Origin: an uncultured Actinomycetota bacterium
GTDB taxonomy: Bacteria; Actinomycetota; Actinomycetes; JAFAQI01
Reading direction: 5' to 3'
DNA length: 64,000 nucleotides
Assembly (NCBI GenBank): GCA_963770565.1
Contig: CAVYQE010000002.1
Span: 800,001-864,000, forward strand
In this document: positions 18,710-28,821 of the stretch, in pieces
How positions within the stretch are numbered: position 1 is the stretch's first letter
How the letters are laid out: each line of letters starts with the position of its first letter
The notes under the pieces: generated by a model
Seen by the model: the letters and a program-made list of their open reading frames with translations, nothing else
The model's database searches: none
Told to the model about the DNA's origin: nothing
Program-made: the position numbers and the translations under genes

Positions 18710-20895
18710 GTGGCGGCGTCGGCCGTCGAGCGGCGGGCCGCCATGGCCCGACGGGTCAGCCGAATGGCGACCGCGACCATGAGGGCGGCGGTCGCGGCGC
18801 CGGTGATCACGAGAGTGATCGTGCCGTACACCGTGGAGCGAACATACAACCGAACCGGGCTGCCGAGCGCCCGTCCGCTCGGCGTGAGGAGCTGGACGAT
18901 GAGCGGGAACACGCCCGAGGTCTTCGCTGAGGCATGCAGATCGATGGCGACCTGCTGGTGGGCCGGGATCACCCGGACCAGTGTGTTGTCCCGCGGTGTC
19001 AGACGCGGGTTCTTCACAACGTGGACGATCACGCTGACCGGGACGTCGAGGTGGTTGGCGACGGTCACCGGCACCTTGCCGCCGTGGCTGGTCAGCGTGA
19101 CGTGGCTGTTGGGCGCCGAGGTGATCCGGACCTGGCCGATCTCGCCCGTCACGGTGTCTCTCAGTGCGGTCAGCTCGGCCTGGCCCAGTCGTGGCTTGTT
19201 CCGCCAGGCCGAGGAGAGCGCCTGCTCCAGGGCGGTGTTGTAGCCAGCGACCAGCGGCGTACCTTGCGGCAGGATCGCGGCGAAGTCGGCCACCTGCTTG
19301 CGGGCCGCGGTGACCTGCCCGAGATACACCGGCGACAGCTCGGCCCGGCGGGCCGGCCTCGGGTAGGTGAGCGGGTCGCGGTCGACCACGGTGATCGGGT
19401 TCTGCAGCACCGCGTCGAGGCTGATGGGCTCGATCCAGGGCACCTTGCCGGTGTCGGCGAGCAGCGACGCGGCGTAGGTCGGGCTCGGATTCCAGCGCCG
19501 CTCGGGGGCGACCACCAGAGCGCGCTGCTGGTTCGGTTGCTGGCGCTGGATCATCAAGGTCTCGGCCAGGAAGTTCTGCAGCGACAGTCGAGAGCCGTCG
19601 GGATTGTTGATGCCGCCGGTGACGTCGGCATCGATCCCCGAGTCGCTGAGCAGAGCCTGCACCGGGCCCTCGTCGGTCGTGACGATCGCGTGCGCCGAGG
19701 GCGTGGCAGCCGGTGGCCCACCGAGGATCGGGAGGTTGGTGTCCGACAGCACCATCGCGGTGTCACCGGTTGCGGTCATCAGGCTGATCCCGCGCTGGTT
19801 GGTAAGACCGTCGACGGGCCAGCCGTAGGAGAGCAGCGACAGCGAGCCGAGGTCCTTCTGCAGCAGCTGCTGACCGGTTGTCGTGGCCACCCCGATGGTC
19901 GTCGCGAAGTCACCCGTCCGGGCCGCCGCGACGAGGTCGGGGTCGGCGTAAGGAAGCGGGAGGACACTCGCGTCGGTGCGGGTGACGGCGGTCTTCAGGC
20001 TGGCCAGCCACTGCTTCGCGGCGCTCGTACCGGAGCCGGCCGAGGTGGAGTTGTTCGCGCCCTGGACCCGATATCCCGACGCCATCGACGCGACGTCTCC
20101 GACCAGCATCGGATCGATCGCCCAGGTCACCGGGACGTTGACGGTCCTCGGCTTGTGACCGAGCGGGCTCTGGTCCTCGGCGTTGGAGCCGGCCGTGAGT
20201 AGGCCGGCCAACCGCCCGCCCGCACTGATCTCCGGTGCGAGGGAGTCGTCGAACCAGGTCCCGCCGGCGCTGCGATGCGGGCGGTCGACCAGCGGCCATA
20301 CCCAGGCCACCGGGGTCGGCGAGCCCGGGCCGATCGCGTCGCGAGGGGCCCACGGCAGGAAGGTGCGGAGCTGACCGACCGTGCTGGTGCCTACCGAGGT
20401 GGTGCCGCTGACCGCGATCCCGAGCTTGTTGACCTGCCACTGGCCGAGCAGGCCGAGCCGGTCGCGGGTCGCGAGATCGAGGGTGAGACTGATGCTGAAG
20501 TGCTCGCTCGCGCCTGGAGCGAGCGTGGTCAGTTGCGCCGGCGCCGGACCGGTGGCGAGCTGCTCTCCAACCAGCGGGCCGTCGGGGGCGGCGGCGTACG
20601 AGTCGAAGTCACTCCGCGCGAGAACGGCCGGGCTGATCTCGAGTGAGAGCGCCAGGTCGGAGATCGGAGCGGAGGAGACGTTCGTCATGCCGCCGGTGAG
20701 CACGAGGGTGTCGCCGGGCTGCGGGGCGACCGGCTCGAGCGAGGTGAGGCGGAGCTGGATCGGCGCGCTCGAGCCGGCGGCGGCCGCAGCCGGAGTGCCG
20801 GGCAGCACCGCCGCGGCCAGCGGCCCGAGCGCGAAGACGGTGGCCGCGACCGGCGCGGCGAGCGCGACGACGGTACGACGCCGCGGTCGGGTCAT
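18706..20895 (-). CDS. DUF6049 family secreted/membrane-anchored protein (Rv3909-like)
   Basis: Signal peptide, [35 protein letters not shown]-terminal TM; between NUDIX and murJ; ATGA overlap. Confidence 0.85.
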   Translation of the reverse strand: MTRPRRRTVVALAAPVAATVFALGPLAAAVLPGTPAAAAAGSSAPIQLRLTSLEPVAPQPGDTLVLTGGMTNVSSAPISDLALSLEISPAVLARSDFDSYAAAPDGPLVGEQLATGPAPAQLTTLAPGASEHFSISLTLDLATRDRLGLLGQWQVNKLGIAVSGTTSVGTSTVGQLRTFLPWAPRDAIGPGSPTPVAWVWPLVDRPHRSAGGTWFDDSLAPEISAGGRLAGLLTAGSNAEDQSPLGHKPRTVNVPVTWAIDPMLVGDVASMASGYRVQGANNSTSAGSGTSAAKQWLASLKTAVTRTDASVLPLPYADPDLVAAARTGDFATTIGVATTTGQQLLQKDLGSLSLLSYGWPVDGLTNQRGISLMTATGDTAMVLSDTNLPILGGPPAATPSAHAIVTTDEGPVQALLSDSGIDADVTGGINNPDGSRLSLQNFLAETLMIQRQQPNQQRALVVAPERRWNPSPTYAASLLADTGKVPWIEPISLDAVLQNPITVVDRDPLTYPRPARRAELSPVYLGQVTAARKQVADFAAILPQGTPLVAGYNTALEQALSSAWRNKPRLGQAELTALRDTVTGEIGQVRITSAPNSHVTLTSHGGKVPVTVANHLDVPVSVIVHVVKNPRLTPRDNTLVRVIPAHQQVAIDLHASAKTSGVFPLIVQLLTPSGRALGSPVRLYVRSTVYGTITLVITGAATAALMVAVAIRLTRRAMAARRSTADAAT

Positions 20896-21350
20896 GCAGT
20901 GTCCGCGAGTAGCGCCGGCACCTGCGCGATCAGTCGCCGTTCGTCGTCGTAGGCCAGCCGGTTGGCAAGCTGGTCGAGCGGGACCCACTCGACCTGCTCG
21001 ACCTCGATGTCGTCGTCGGAGAGTTCGCCGCTCGCGGCCAGCATCAGGAAGTGGTGCACGGTCTTATGGATCCGGCGGCCGTCGGCGACGAACCAGAAGT
21101 CGATCGTGCCCAGCGGCGCCACGACCCGCCCGGTGATCCCGGTCTCCTCGGCGACCTCCCGGATCGCGGCGTCCTCGTTGGTCTCGCCTTCCTCGACGTG
21201 TCCCTTGGGCAGCGACCAGCGCAGCCGGCCCCTGCGGTCGAGCCGCCCGATCAAGGCTGCGCGCGGATCGTTGGCTGCGGTGTCGACCACCAGCCCGCCC
21301 GCGGAGGTCTCCTCGACCCGCCGCAACCGATCACGCGAAGCGGGGGACAT
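20892..21350 (-). CDS. NUDIX hydrolase (MutT4/Rv3908-like)
   Basis: [36 protein letters not shown] Nudix box; probable leaderless ATG at 21350. Confidence 0.92.
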   Translation of the reverse strand: MSPASRDRLRRVEETSAGGLVVDTAANDPRAALIGRLDRRGRLRWSLPKGHVEEGETNEDAAIREVAEETGITGRVVAPLGTIDFWFVADGRRIHKTVHHFLMLAASGELSDDDIEVEQVEWVPLDQLANRLAYDDERRLIAQVPALLADTA

Positions 21351-21439
21351 ACCCCGATCGTAGGGGCGAGCCGGGCCGTGATCGGCTCGCTCGCGGGTGT
21401 TGGCGTCGCCACGATCGGTTTCGCTCATAGTCTGCACGC

Positions 21440-22888
21440 GTGCCTTCCGACGCCCCGAGTGCCATTGCCGCGGCACGGCACGCGGTGCGCGAGCTGCTCC
21501 GGGTGAGCGGGATCACCGATCAGCTGGCGCGGCGGTTCGGCGTCGCCGGGCACCGGCTGTACCTGGTCGGCGGGCCGGTCCGCGACGCACTGCTCGGCCG
21601 AGAGACCGCCGATCTCGACTTCACCACGGACGCCCGGCCGGAGGAGGTGCTCGCGCTCGTCGGCCCGCTGGGGCCGACCTGGACGACCGGCATCACCTTC
21701 GGCACGGTCGGCGTACAGATCGATGACCGCAAGTGCGAGATCACCACCTTCCGGAGCGACTCCTACGACCCCGAGTCACGCAAGCCGGCGGTGGAGTTCG
21801 GATCGACCGTCGAGGGCGACCTCGGTCGCCGCGACTTCACCATCAACGCGATGGCGGTGGCCCTCCCGGTCGACGCGGCGCAGCCGATCGTCGACCCGTT
21901 CGGCGGCCTCGACGACCTGGTCGCCAAGGTGCTGCGGACCCCCGACAAGCCGGAGCGCTCGTTCGCCGACGATCCGCTGCGGATGCTGCGGGCTGCTCGC
22001 TTCTCCGCCCAGCTGGGGTTCACGGTTGCCCCGGATGCGGTCGCGGCCGTGCGCTCGATGGCGGCCCGGCTCGAGATCGTCAGCGCGGAGCGGATCCGGG
22101 ACGAGCTGGTCAAGCTGCTGTGCGCGGACGACCCGCGTCGCGGCCTCGAGCTGCTCGTCGACACCGGGCTGATCGAGTTCTGCCTGCCCGAGGTCGGCCG
22201 GCTGACCGAAACGGTGGACGAGCACCGTCGGCACAAGGACGTGTACGCCCACACGCTGACCGTGCTCGAGCAGGCGATCGCGCTCGAGTCGGACGGGCCG
22301 GACCTGGTGTTGCGGCTGGCCGCGCTGCTGCACGACATCGGCAAGCCCAAGACCCGCTCGATCGAGGCGGACGGCAAGGTGTCGTTCCATCACCACGAGG
22401 TGGTGGGCGCCGACATGACCCGCAAGCGGTTGGCCGAGTTGCGGTTCCCGGGCGAGATCGTCGACGACGTGTCGCGGCTGGTCGAACTGCATCTGCGGTT
22501 CCACGGCTACGCGGGCGGGACGTGGACCGACGCGGCGGTTCGTCGCTATGTCCGTGATGCCGGTCCGCTGCTCGACCGGCTGCATTCACTGACCCGGTCG
22601 GACTGTACGACCCGCAACGCGCGAAAGGCGCGGGCGCTCGCGGCGGCGTACGACTCGCTGGAGGCGCGGATCGGCGAACTGGCCGCGGAGGAGGACCTCA
22701 ACCGGATCCGGCCCGACCTCAACGGCAACGAGATCATGCGCGAGCTCTCGCTCGAGCCGGGTCCGCTGGTCGGCAAGGCGTATCAGTACCTGCTCGAGCA
22801 GCGGCTCGAACGCGGGCCGCTCGCGCACGACGAGGCGGTCGCGCTGCTCCGCGAATGGGCCGCCAACCAGGGCCTCGAGACCTCCTGA
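21440..22888 (+). CDS. cca: CCA tRNA nucleotidyltransferase (HD-domain type)
   Basis: [10 protein letters not shown]...[39 protein letters not shown]. Confidence 0.95.
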   Translation: MPSDAPSAIAAARHAVRELLRVSGITDQLARRFGVAGHRLYLVGGPVRDALLGRETADLDFTTDARPEEVLALVGPLGPTWTTGITFGTVGVQIDDRKCEITTFRSDSYDPESRKPAVEFGSTVEGDLGRRDFTINAMAVALPVDAAQPIVDPFGGLDDLVAKVLRTPDKPERSFADDPLRMLRAARFSAQLGFTVAPDAVAAVRSMAARLEIVSAERIRDELVKLLCADDPRRGLELLVDTGLIEFCLPEVGRLTETVDEHRRHKDVYAHTLTVLEQAIALESDGPDLVLRLAALLHDIGKPKTRSIEADGKVSFHHHEVVGADMTRKRLAELRFPGEIVDDVSRLVELHLRFHGYAGGTWTDAAVRRYVRDAGPLLDRLHSLTRSDCTTRNARKARALAAAYDSLEARIGELAAEEDLNRIRPDLNGNEIMRELSLEPGPLVGKAYQYLLEQRLERGPLAHDEAVALLREWAANQGLETS

Positions 22889-22905
22889 CCCGCGCCCAAC
22901 CCCCT

Positions 22906-22994
22906 CGCCAAGCAATGTCACATTGCCCAGGTCTTCGTGGGGGTGATGTGACATTGCCCCGGTGATTGTGGGGGTGATGTGACATTGCTTGGCG
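22906..22994. repeat. Triple-palindrome 31-bp-period mini-array, copy 1
   Basis: 15-bp cores at 22912, 22943 and 22974; terminal IR cgccaagcaatgtcacat / atgtgacattgcttggcg; between convergent cca and MFS genes. Confidence 0.9.
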
Positions 22995-22997
22995 GGG

Positions 22998-24281
22998 TCA
23001 GGCACCTCGGGTGACGTGCTCCGAGGCGCCGTACGCCGTCGCGGTCGCGAGGTAGCCGGCTGACAGCACGATCAACGTGATGAGCGACCGTCCGTTCGTC
23101 GGCAGCACGAAGGCGGCGAGGAACGCGGCGGCGACGAAGCTGATGTTGAAGATCGTGTCGTAGAGCGAGAACACCCGGCCGCGGTATTCGTCCTCGATCG
23201 TGGTCTGCACCAGGGTGTCGACGCAGACCTTGGTGGCCTGGGTGGCAAAGCCAAGGGCGAGTGCGGATACGAGCAGCAGTGCCATCGAGAACGGCGCGCC
23301 GAAGGCGAGTTGCGTCACGGCCGCACCGGCTGTGACGGCGACGATCCACCGCTGCTTGCCGATCCGGGTGGTGACCCACGGCGTGACTGCAGCCGCGAGG
23401 ACGAGGCCGACTCCGGCTGCGGTGACACCCTGACCGACCCCGACCAGGCCGGCCCGCAGTATGCCGTGACTGTGGAACGAGTTGCGATACAGCAGCAGCG
23501 CCATGATCGACCACAGCCCGAACATGAAGCGCTGCGCGAAGATCACCGCGAGCGCTCGCGCCGCCGTCGGTCGTTGCCATAGGTGGTGGGCTCCCGAGGC
23601 GAGGCCGCGCACGATCCCGGCCAGCTGCGCGCGGAGCGGATCGGTGTTCGGCGGGTGTGGCCCGAGCGCGTCGGCCGGAAGGCGGCTCGCGACGAGCGCG
23701 GCCATCATGTAGCCGGCCGCGGCTGCCAGCGCGGCCAACGCGTCACCGTGGTCGCCGCCGCCGCCGGCCGCACGCAGTCCGAGTCCGATCCCGGCACCGG
23801 CGATTGTGACGACCGTGCCCGACGTCGGGCTGATCGCGTTCGCGAGCAGCAACCGTTCGGCCGACACGACGCTGGGGAGCGCAGCCGACAACGCGGCGAG
23901 ATAGAAGCGGTTGACCGCGAGCGCGGCGAGTGCGGTCAGCGCGAAGACCGGCCCACTCGGGCCGTGTGCGACGAGCGCGACTGCGGTCGCCACCACCAGA
24001 ACGGAGCGAACCGCGGCGCCGTACACGAGGACCCGTTGCCGTCGCCAACGGTCGAGCAGCACGCCGGCGAACGGCCCGATCAGGCTGTAGGGGAGCAGCA
24101 GGATCACGAAGCCGGCCGCGACCTGTTCGGGTCCGGTGTGGTGCTCCGGGTTGAACAGCACCGCGCCGGCGAGGCTGGTCTGGAAGAGCCCGTCGGACGT
24201 CTGCGACGTCAGCCGCGTGGCGAGCAGCGTGACGAAGCGACGCTCGCCGAACAACCGTCGTAGCGCATCGGCCCGGCGCAC
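22998..24281 (-). CDS. MFS transporter (conserved between cca and ino1)
   Basis: GPFAGVLLDRWRRQRVL MFS motif A, about 12 TM helices, YRGRVFSLYD. Confidence 0.88.
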   Translation of the reverse strand: MRRADALRRLFGERRFVTLLATRLTSQTSDGLFQTSLAGAVLFNPEHHTGPEQVAAGFVILLLPYSLIGPFAGVLLDRWRRQRVLVYGAAVRSVLVVATAVALVAHGPSGPVFALTALAALAVNRFYLAALSAALPSVVSAERLLLANAISPTSGTVVTIAGAGIGLGLRAAGGGGDHGDALAALAAAAGYMMAALVASRLPADALGPHPPNTDPLRAQLAGIVRGLASGAHHLWQRPTAARALAVIFAQRFMFGLWSIMALLLYRNSFHSHGILRAGLVGVGQGVTAAGVGLVLAAAVTPWVTTRIGKQRWIVAVTAGAAVTQLAFGAPFSMALLLVSALALGFATQATKVCVDTLVQTTIEDEYRGRVFSLYDTIFNISFVAAAFLAAFVLPTNGRSLITLIVLSAGYLATATAYGASEHVTRGA

Positions 24282-24325
24282 CGGGTGGTCGTCGGGTCCG
24301 GTGACCGCGACCCGGGTGGGGCTTG

Positions 24326-25402
24326 CTACTCGGTCTCGCCCTTGATGAATGCCTCGACCGACTCGCGCGCCTCGTCGTCGCTGTACTGCACTGGCGGCGA
24401 CTTCATGAAGTACGACGACGCCGACAGCACCGGACCACCGATGCCGCGGTCCTTCGCGATCTTCGCGGCCCGGATCGCGTCGATGATGACGCCGGCCGAG
24501 TTGGGGGAGTCGTGCACCTCGAGCTTGTATTCGAGGTTGAGCGGAGTGTCACCGAACGAGCGGCCCTCGAGCCGGACGTAGGCCCACTTGCGGTCGTCGA
24601 GCCACGGCACGTGGTCGGACGGGCCGATGTGCACGTCGGCGCCGCGCATCTCGTGCGGGATCTGCGAGGTGACCGACTGGGTCTTGGAGATCTTCTTCGA
24701 CTGCAAACGCTTGCGCTCCAACATGTTCTTGAAGTCCATGTTGCCGCCGAAGTTCAGCTGGTAGGTCCGCAGCAGCTCCACGCCGCGGTCCTCGAAGAGC
24801 TTCGCGAGCACGCGGTGGGTGATCGTCGCGCCGACCTGGCTCTTGATGTCGTCGCCGATGATCGGGACACCGGCGTCGGCGAACTTCTTCGCCCAGGTCG
24901 GGTCGCTGGCGATGAAGACCGGCAGTGCGTTGACGAACGCCACGCCGGCGTCGATCGCGCACTGCGCGTAGAAGCGGTCCGCTTCCTCGCTGCCGACCGG
25001 CAGGTAGGACACCATCACGTCGACCTTCGCGTCGGTCAGGACTTGCACGACGTCGACCGGCTCGTCGTCGGACTCCTCGACCAGCTCGCGGTAGAAATCG
25101 CCGAGGCCGTCGTAGGTGTGGCCGCGCTGCACGATGACGTCGGTCGGCGGCACGTCGGCGATGTGAACGGTGTTGTTCTCACTCGCGACGATCGCCTCGG
25201 ACAGGTCCCGCCCGACCTTCTTGCCATCGACGTCGAAGGCGGCGACGAACTCCACGTCACGGACGTGGTAGCCGCCGAAGTCGACGTGCATCAAACCGGG
25301 CACGCGCGCATCCGGGTTGGCGTTCTTGTAGAACTCGACGCCTTGGACGAGGGACGAGGCGCAGTTGCCCACGCCCACGATGGCGACTCGAATGGAACCC
25401 AT
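24326..25402 (-). CDS. ino1: myo-inositol-1-phosphate synthase
   Basis: [49 protein letters not shown]. Confidence 0.97.
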   Translation of the reverse strand: MGSIRVAIVGVGNCASSLVQGVEFYKNANPDARVPGLMHVDFGGYHVRDVEFVAAFDVDGKKVGRDLSEAIVASENNTVHIADVPPTDVIVQRGHTYDGLGDFYRELVEESDDEPVDVVQVLTDAKVDVMVSYLPVGSEEADRFYAQCAIDAGVAFVNALPVFIASDPTWAKKFADAGVPIIGDDIKSQVGATITHRVLAKLFEDRGVELLRTYQLNFGGNMDFKNMLERKRLQSKKISKTQSVTSQIPHEMRGADVHIGPSDHVPWLDDRKWAYVRLEGRSFGDTPLNLEYKLEVHDSPNSAGVIIDAIRAAKIAKDRGIGGPVLSASSYFMKSPPVQYSDDEARESVEAFIKGETE

Positions 25403-26031
25403 CAGCGGTTGTCTCCTTCAGTTGCGGAACTCGGCCTTGCGGCGGTCGGCGTTTTCACGGCCGGTGACGCCCGGTGTGCCCGGACGGCCACCCCGTCTCG
25501 TTCGGTGGCGATCAATTCGTTGAGCCAGCGCACTTCGCGCTCGACCGATTCGAGGCCGTGGCGCTGGAGTTCGAGGGTGTAGCGGTCGAGCTTCTCGCGG
25601 GTGCTCAGCATCGAGCTGGCGTTCTCCTGCCGTTCCTCGAGCCGGCTGCGCCGGCCTTCGAGGATCCGCAGCCGGACGTCGGCGTCGATCTGGGAGAAGA
25701 ACGCGAACCTGACCCCGAACGCCTCGTCGTCCCAGGTCGAGGGACCGCCTTCGGCGAGCTGCTCCTGGAGCCGCTCCTTGCCTTCGGCGGTGAGCTTGTA
25801 GACGTGCTTCTTGCGGCGGCCGGGCCCGGACTCGCTGGCCGAGTCGTCGGTGGTGATGTAGCCAGCCGCCTGCAGCCCGCTCAGGCAGGGGTAGAGACTG
25901 CCGTAGGAGATCCGTGAACGGACCGGGCCGAGGACCGCGCGCAGCCGCTTGCTCAGCTCGTAGCCGTGCAGCGGCGATTCGTGCAACAGACCGAGTACGG
26001 CGAGGTCGAGCACGCCGGACTTTCGGCTCAC
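25402..26031 (-). CDS. PadR-family transcriptional regulator (Rv0047c-like), coupled to ino1
   Basis: [17 protein letters not shown]...SYGSLYPCL...YKLTAEG; GTG 26031 after GAGGAG. Confidence 0.92.
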   Translation of the reverse strand: MSRKSGVLDLAVLGLLHESPLHGYELSKRLRAVLGPVRSRISYGSLYPCLSGLQAAGYITTDDSASESGPGRRKKHVYKLTAEGKERLQEQLAEGGPSTWDDEAFGVRFAFFSQIDADVRLRILEGRRSRLEERQENASSMLSTREKLDRYTLELQRHGLESVEREVRWLNELIATERDGVAVRAHRASPAVKTPTAARPSSATEGDNR

Positions 26032-26076
26032 GATCGCTCTCCTCGGCTGGGTCTGGGCGGTTCTGGTGGTGCTGTG

Positions 26077-26099
26077 CGATGTATCGAGTGGATACATCG
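26077..26099. promoter_or_regulatory. Palindromic operator upstream of padR-ino1
   Basis: CGATGTATC-N5-GATACATCG perfect inverted repeat. Confidence 0.65.
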
Positions 26100-26221
26100 T
26101 GGAAACTACCGTCCAGATGTCCAGAACGCAAACACCGGGTGTCCAGATCTGGTCGACCGGCCCGGAATTGAGCGCGAGATCTTCAGCATTTGTCCGGTAC
26201 GGGCGGCGTACGCTGACGCCC

Positions 26222-26665
26222 GTGTTGACCCAGCGCACCCTGGTGGACGGCGCGAATGCACGCTGCGTCGTCGACTACTCGCTGGCCAGGCGAGCCACCC
26301 TCGACGGGCTGCGCGCCGGTCGGATCCGGCCGGAGGACGCCTGCGACGCCCAGGTCTACCTGCGCCGGGCGGCGCGCTACCACGGTCAGCCGAGCACTCA
26401 GCCCTGCCCGGTCTGCCAGGCCGAGCCGCTGGTGCTGGTGAGCTACGCCTTCGGCGAGTGCTTTCCCAGCGGTGGCAACGGCCGGGCCCGGGCCCGCAAG
26501 GAGCTTCGCGAGCTCGAGCAGGTGCTGCCGGAGTTCTCGGTCTTCGTCGTGGAGGTCTGCCTCGGCTGCGGCTGGAACTACCTGCTGACCTCCTATGTCC
26601 TTGGCACCGGTGAGTCGGTGTCGCGCCGCCGGCGGTCCGGCTCGAGCTCGGGGTCGCGCGCGTGA
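26222..26665 (+). CDS. DUF5318 family zinc-binding protein (Rv0049-like)
   Basis: VVDYSLARRA...CDA..YL.RAA.YHG...CPVC...VVEVC..CGWN.L; leaderless-type GTG at 26222. Confidence 0.88.
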   Translation: MLTQRTLVDGANARCVVDYSLARRATLDGLRAGRIRPEDACDAQVYLRRAARYHGQPSTQPCPVCQAEPLVLVSYAFGECFPSGGNGRARARKELRELEQVLPEFSVFVVEVCLGCGWNYLLTSYVLGTGESVSRRRRSGSSSGSRA

Positions 26666-28806
26666 AGTTCGCGGATATCGCGCCACGTCCGAAGCAGGTG
26701 TTGTGGGGTCTCGGTGGTGCGGTGGTGGTGTTCGGCGTACTCGCCGCTCTTGCCTATTCCCGCACGACGATCCCGAACCCGAGCGCGATCGCGTCCGCGC
26801 AGATCACGACGATCTACTTCAGCGACGGGCACACCGTTCTCGCCCGGCTCGGCGCGACGAACCGGACCGATGTCCCACTCTCCGAGATCCCGATCGATGT
26901 CCAACACGCCGTGCTGGCCGCCGAGGACCGGCACTTCTACTCCGAGCCGGGAGTCTCGCCGACCGGGATCGTGCGCGCGCTGTCGGTCGATCTGCGCGGC
27001 GGTGACATCACCCAGGGCGGGTCGACGATCACCCAGCAGTACGTCAAGAACGCCTACCTGAGCCCGCACCGGTCGCTGACCCGCAAGCTCAAAGAGATCC
27101 TGATCGCGACCAAGCTCGGTCAGACCCGGTCCAAGGACACGATCCTTGACGACTACCTCAACACGATCTACTTCGGCCGCAACGCATACGGGATCCAGGC
27201 CGCGGCGGAGGCGTACTTCCCCGGCGTGCACAAGGTCTCGCAGCTGACGACGGCGCAGGGCGCGTTGCTCGCGGCGGTCGTCCGCGGCCCGAGCCTCTAC
27301 GACCCGCAGATCAACGCGACGACCCGGGCGAACGCGATCGCGCGCTGGCACTACGTGGTCAACGGGATGGTGAGCCAGGGCTGGCTCAGTGCCGCCGAGG
27401 CCGCGACGCTGAAGTTCCCGACGACCAGAAAGCTGGCGGACCTCGTGTCGGCGCAGTGCGCCGGGTCGAACTGCTACATCCGCGACGCGGTCGAGCACGA
27501 GCTCACGACTTCGGACGGGTTGACCCAGAGCCAGCTCGACCTGGGCGGCTACAAGATCGTGACCACGATCGACAAGACCGCTCAGCAGAGTCTGCGCAAG
27601 GCGGAGCGGGCGCTCCTGCCGGCCAACAATCACGGCACTCCGCAGAGCGGGGCCGCCTCGATCGTGCCCGGCACCGGCGCGATCGAGGCGTTGTACGGCG
27701 GCCACCGCTATTGCCACGACCCGACCCAGAACAAGGACGCGTGCATCGACTTGTCGGGCGCGACCGGGCAGTGGGCGCGACCACCTGGGTCGTCGTTCAA
27801 GGCGTTCACCTTGCTGGCCGCGCTGCAGAAGGGCATCTCGCTCAACCAGACGTTCAACGGCCCGCCGGTCGTCACCGTCGACGGCACCCAGATCCACAAC
27901 TCCTCACCGGGCGAGTCCTGTTTCGGATGCAGCCTGGTCAAGGCGTTCGCGGAGTCGATCAACACGATCTTCGTTCCGCTGGCCCAGCAGGTCGGTCCGC
28001 AGAACGTGGTGAACGCGGCGTACACGGCCGGTATCCCGAAGAGCCGCAACCTGGCCGCCGTCCCGGACATCTCACTCGGTCCGGACTCGGTGTCGCCGCT
28101 CGACCTTGCCGACGCGTACGCGACGATCGCCGCGGACGGGGTCTATGCCAAGCCCTACCTCGTGACGTCCGTGCGGACCAGCAGTGGCCAGCAGGTCTAC
28201 AAGGCCGATCCGCAACCGAAGCAGGTGCTGTCGAAGGCGGTCGTGTCGGATGAGATCTACGCGATGACCAAGGTGCTCGGACCCGGCGGGACCGCTTTCG
28301 GCCGGTCACTCACCGGCCGGCCGGCGGCCGGCAAGACCGGAACCACGGACAACAACACCAACGCGTGGTTCACCGGTTTCACCCCGCAGCTGTGCACATC
28401 GGTGTGGATCGGCAACGTCGACCCGACCCAAACCGTCGAAGGTGCCGGGATCGGCGAGGTCTTCGGCGGTACGCTCCCGGCCGAGATCTGGCAACAGATG
28501 ATGGATGGCGCACTGGTCGGTAAGGCGGTGCTCCAGTTCCCGAAGGCGGCCAACGTGGGCACGACGAAACCGACCTCGAGTCCGTCCAAGTCACCGTCCC
28601 CGACGGCGACCGCGACGGTGACAGTGACGCCGACGATCACCCCCACGATCACCCCGACGATCACGCCCACGACGCCGACCAGCACTCCGACGACGACACC
28701 GACCGGCACCCCGACCGCGAGCTCGACGGCGACGGCCGCGGCGACCGCCGAGGGACCCGCCGCCACCGCAGCCGACCGCGTTCGCCGACGGCATCGTCGG
28801 CACTGA
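26662..28806 (+). CDS. ponA: Bifunctional class A penicillin-binding protein (PonA1-like)
   Basis: GT51 motifs EDRHFY, QGGSTITQQYVKN, RKLKE, YLNTIYFG; transpeptidase motifs SSFK, SIN, KTG; Pro/Thr-rich tail. Confidence 0.93.
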   Translation: MKFADIAPRPKQVLWGLGGAVVVFGVLAALAYSRTTIPNPSAIASAQITTIYFSDGHTVLARLGATNRTDVPLSEIPIDVQHAVLAAEDRHFYSEPGVSPTGIVRALSVDLRGGDITQGGSTITQQYVKNAYLSPHRSLTRKLKEILIATKLGQTRSKDTILDDYLNTIYFGRNAYGIQAAAEAYFPGVHKVSQLTTAQGALLAAVVRGPSLYDPQINATTRANAIARWHYVVNGMVSQGWLSAAEAATLKFPTTRKLADLVSAQCAGSNCYIRDAVEHELTTSDGLTQSQLDLGGYKIVTTIDKTAQQSLRKAERALLPANNHGTPQSGAASIVPGTGAIEALYGGHRYCHDPTQNKDACIDLSGATGQWARPPGSSFKAFTLLAALQKGISLNQTFNGPPVVTVDGTQIHNSSPGESCFGCSLVKAFAESINTIFVPLAQQVGPQNVVNAAYTAGIPKSRNLAAVPDISLGPDSVSPLDLADAYATIAADGVYAKPYLVTSVRTSSGQQVYKADPQPKQVLSKAVVSDEIYAMTKVLGPGGTAFGRSLTGRPAAGKTGTTDNNTNAWFTGFTPQLCTSVWIGNVDPTQTVEGAGIGEVFGGTLPAEIWQQMMDGALVGKAVLQFPKAANVGTTKPTSSPSKSPSPTATATVTVTPTITPTITPTITPTTPTSTPTTTPTGTPTASSTATAAATAEGPAATAADRVRRRHRRH

Positions 28807-28821
28807 CTCGGCCAGCTCTCG

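Noticed and set aside
28600-28720. Tandem ccgacgatcacc-like repeats in ponA
   Set aside because: They encode the Pro/Thr-rich low-complexity tail usual for actinobacterial class A PBPs; not an independent element.
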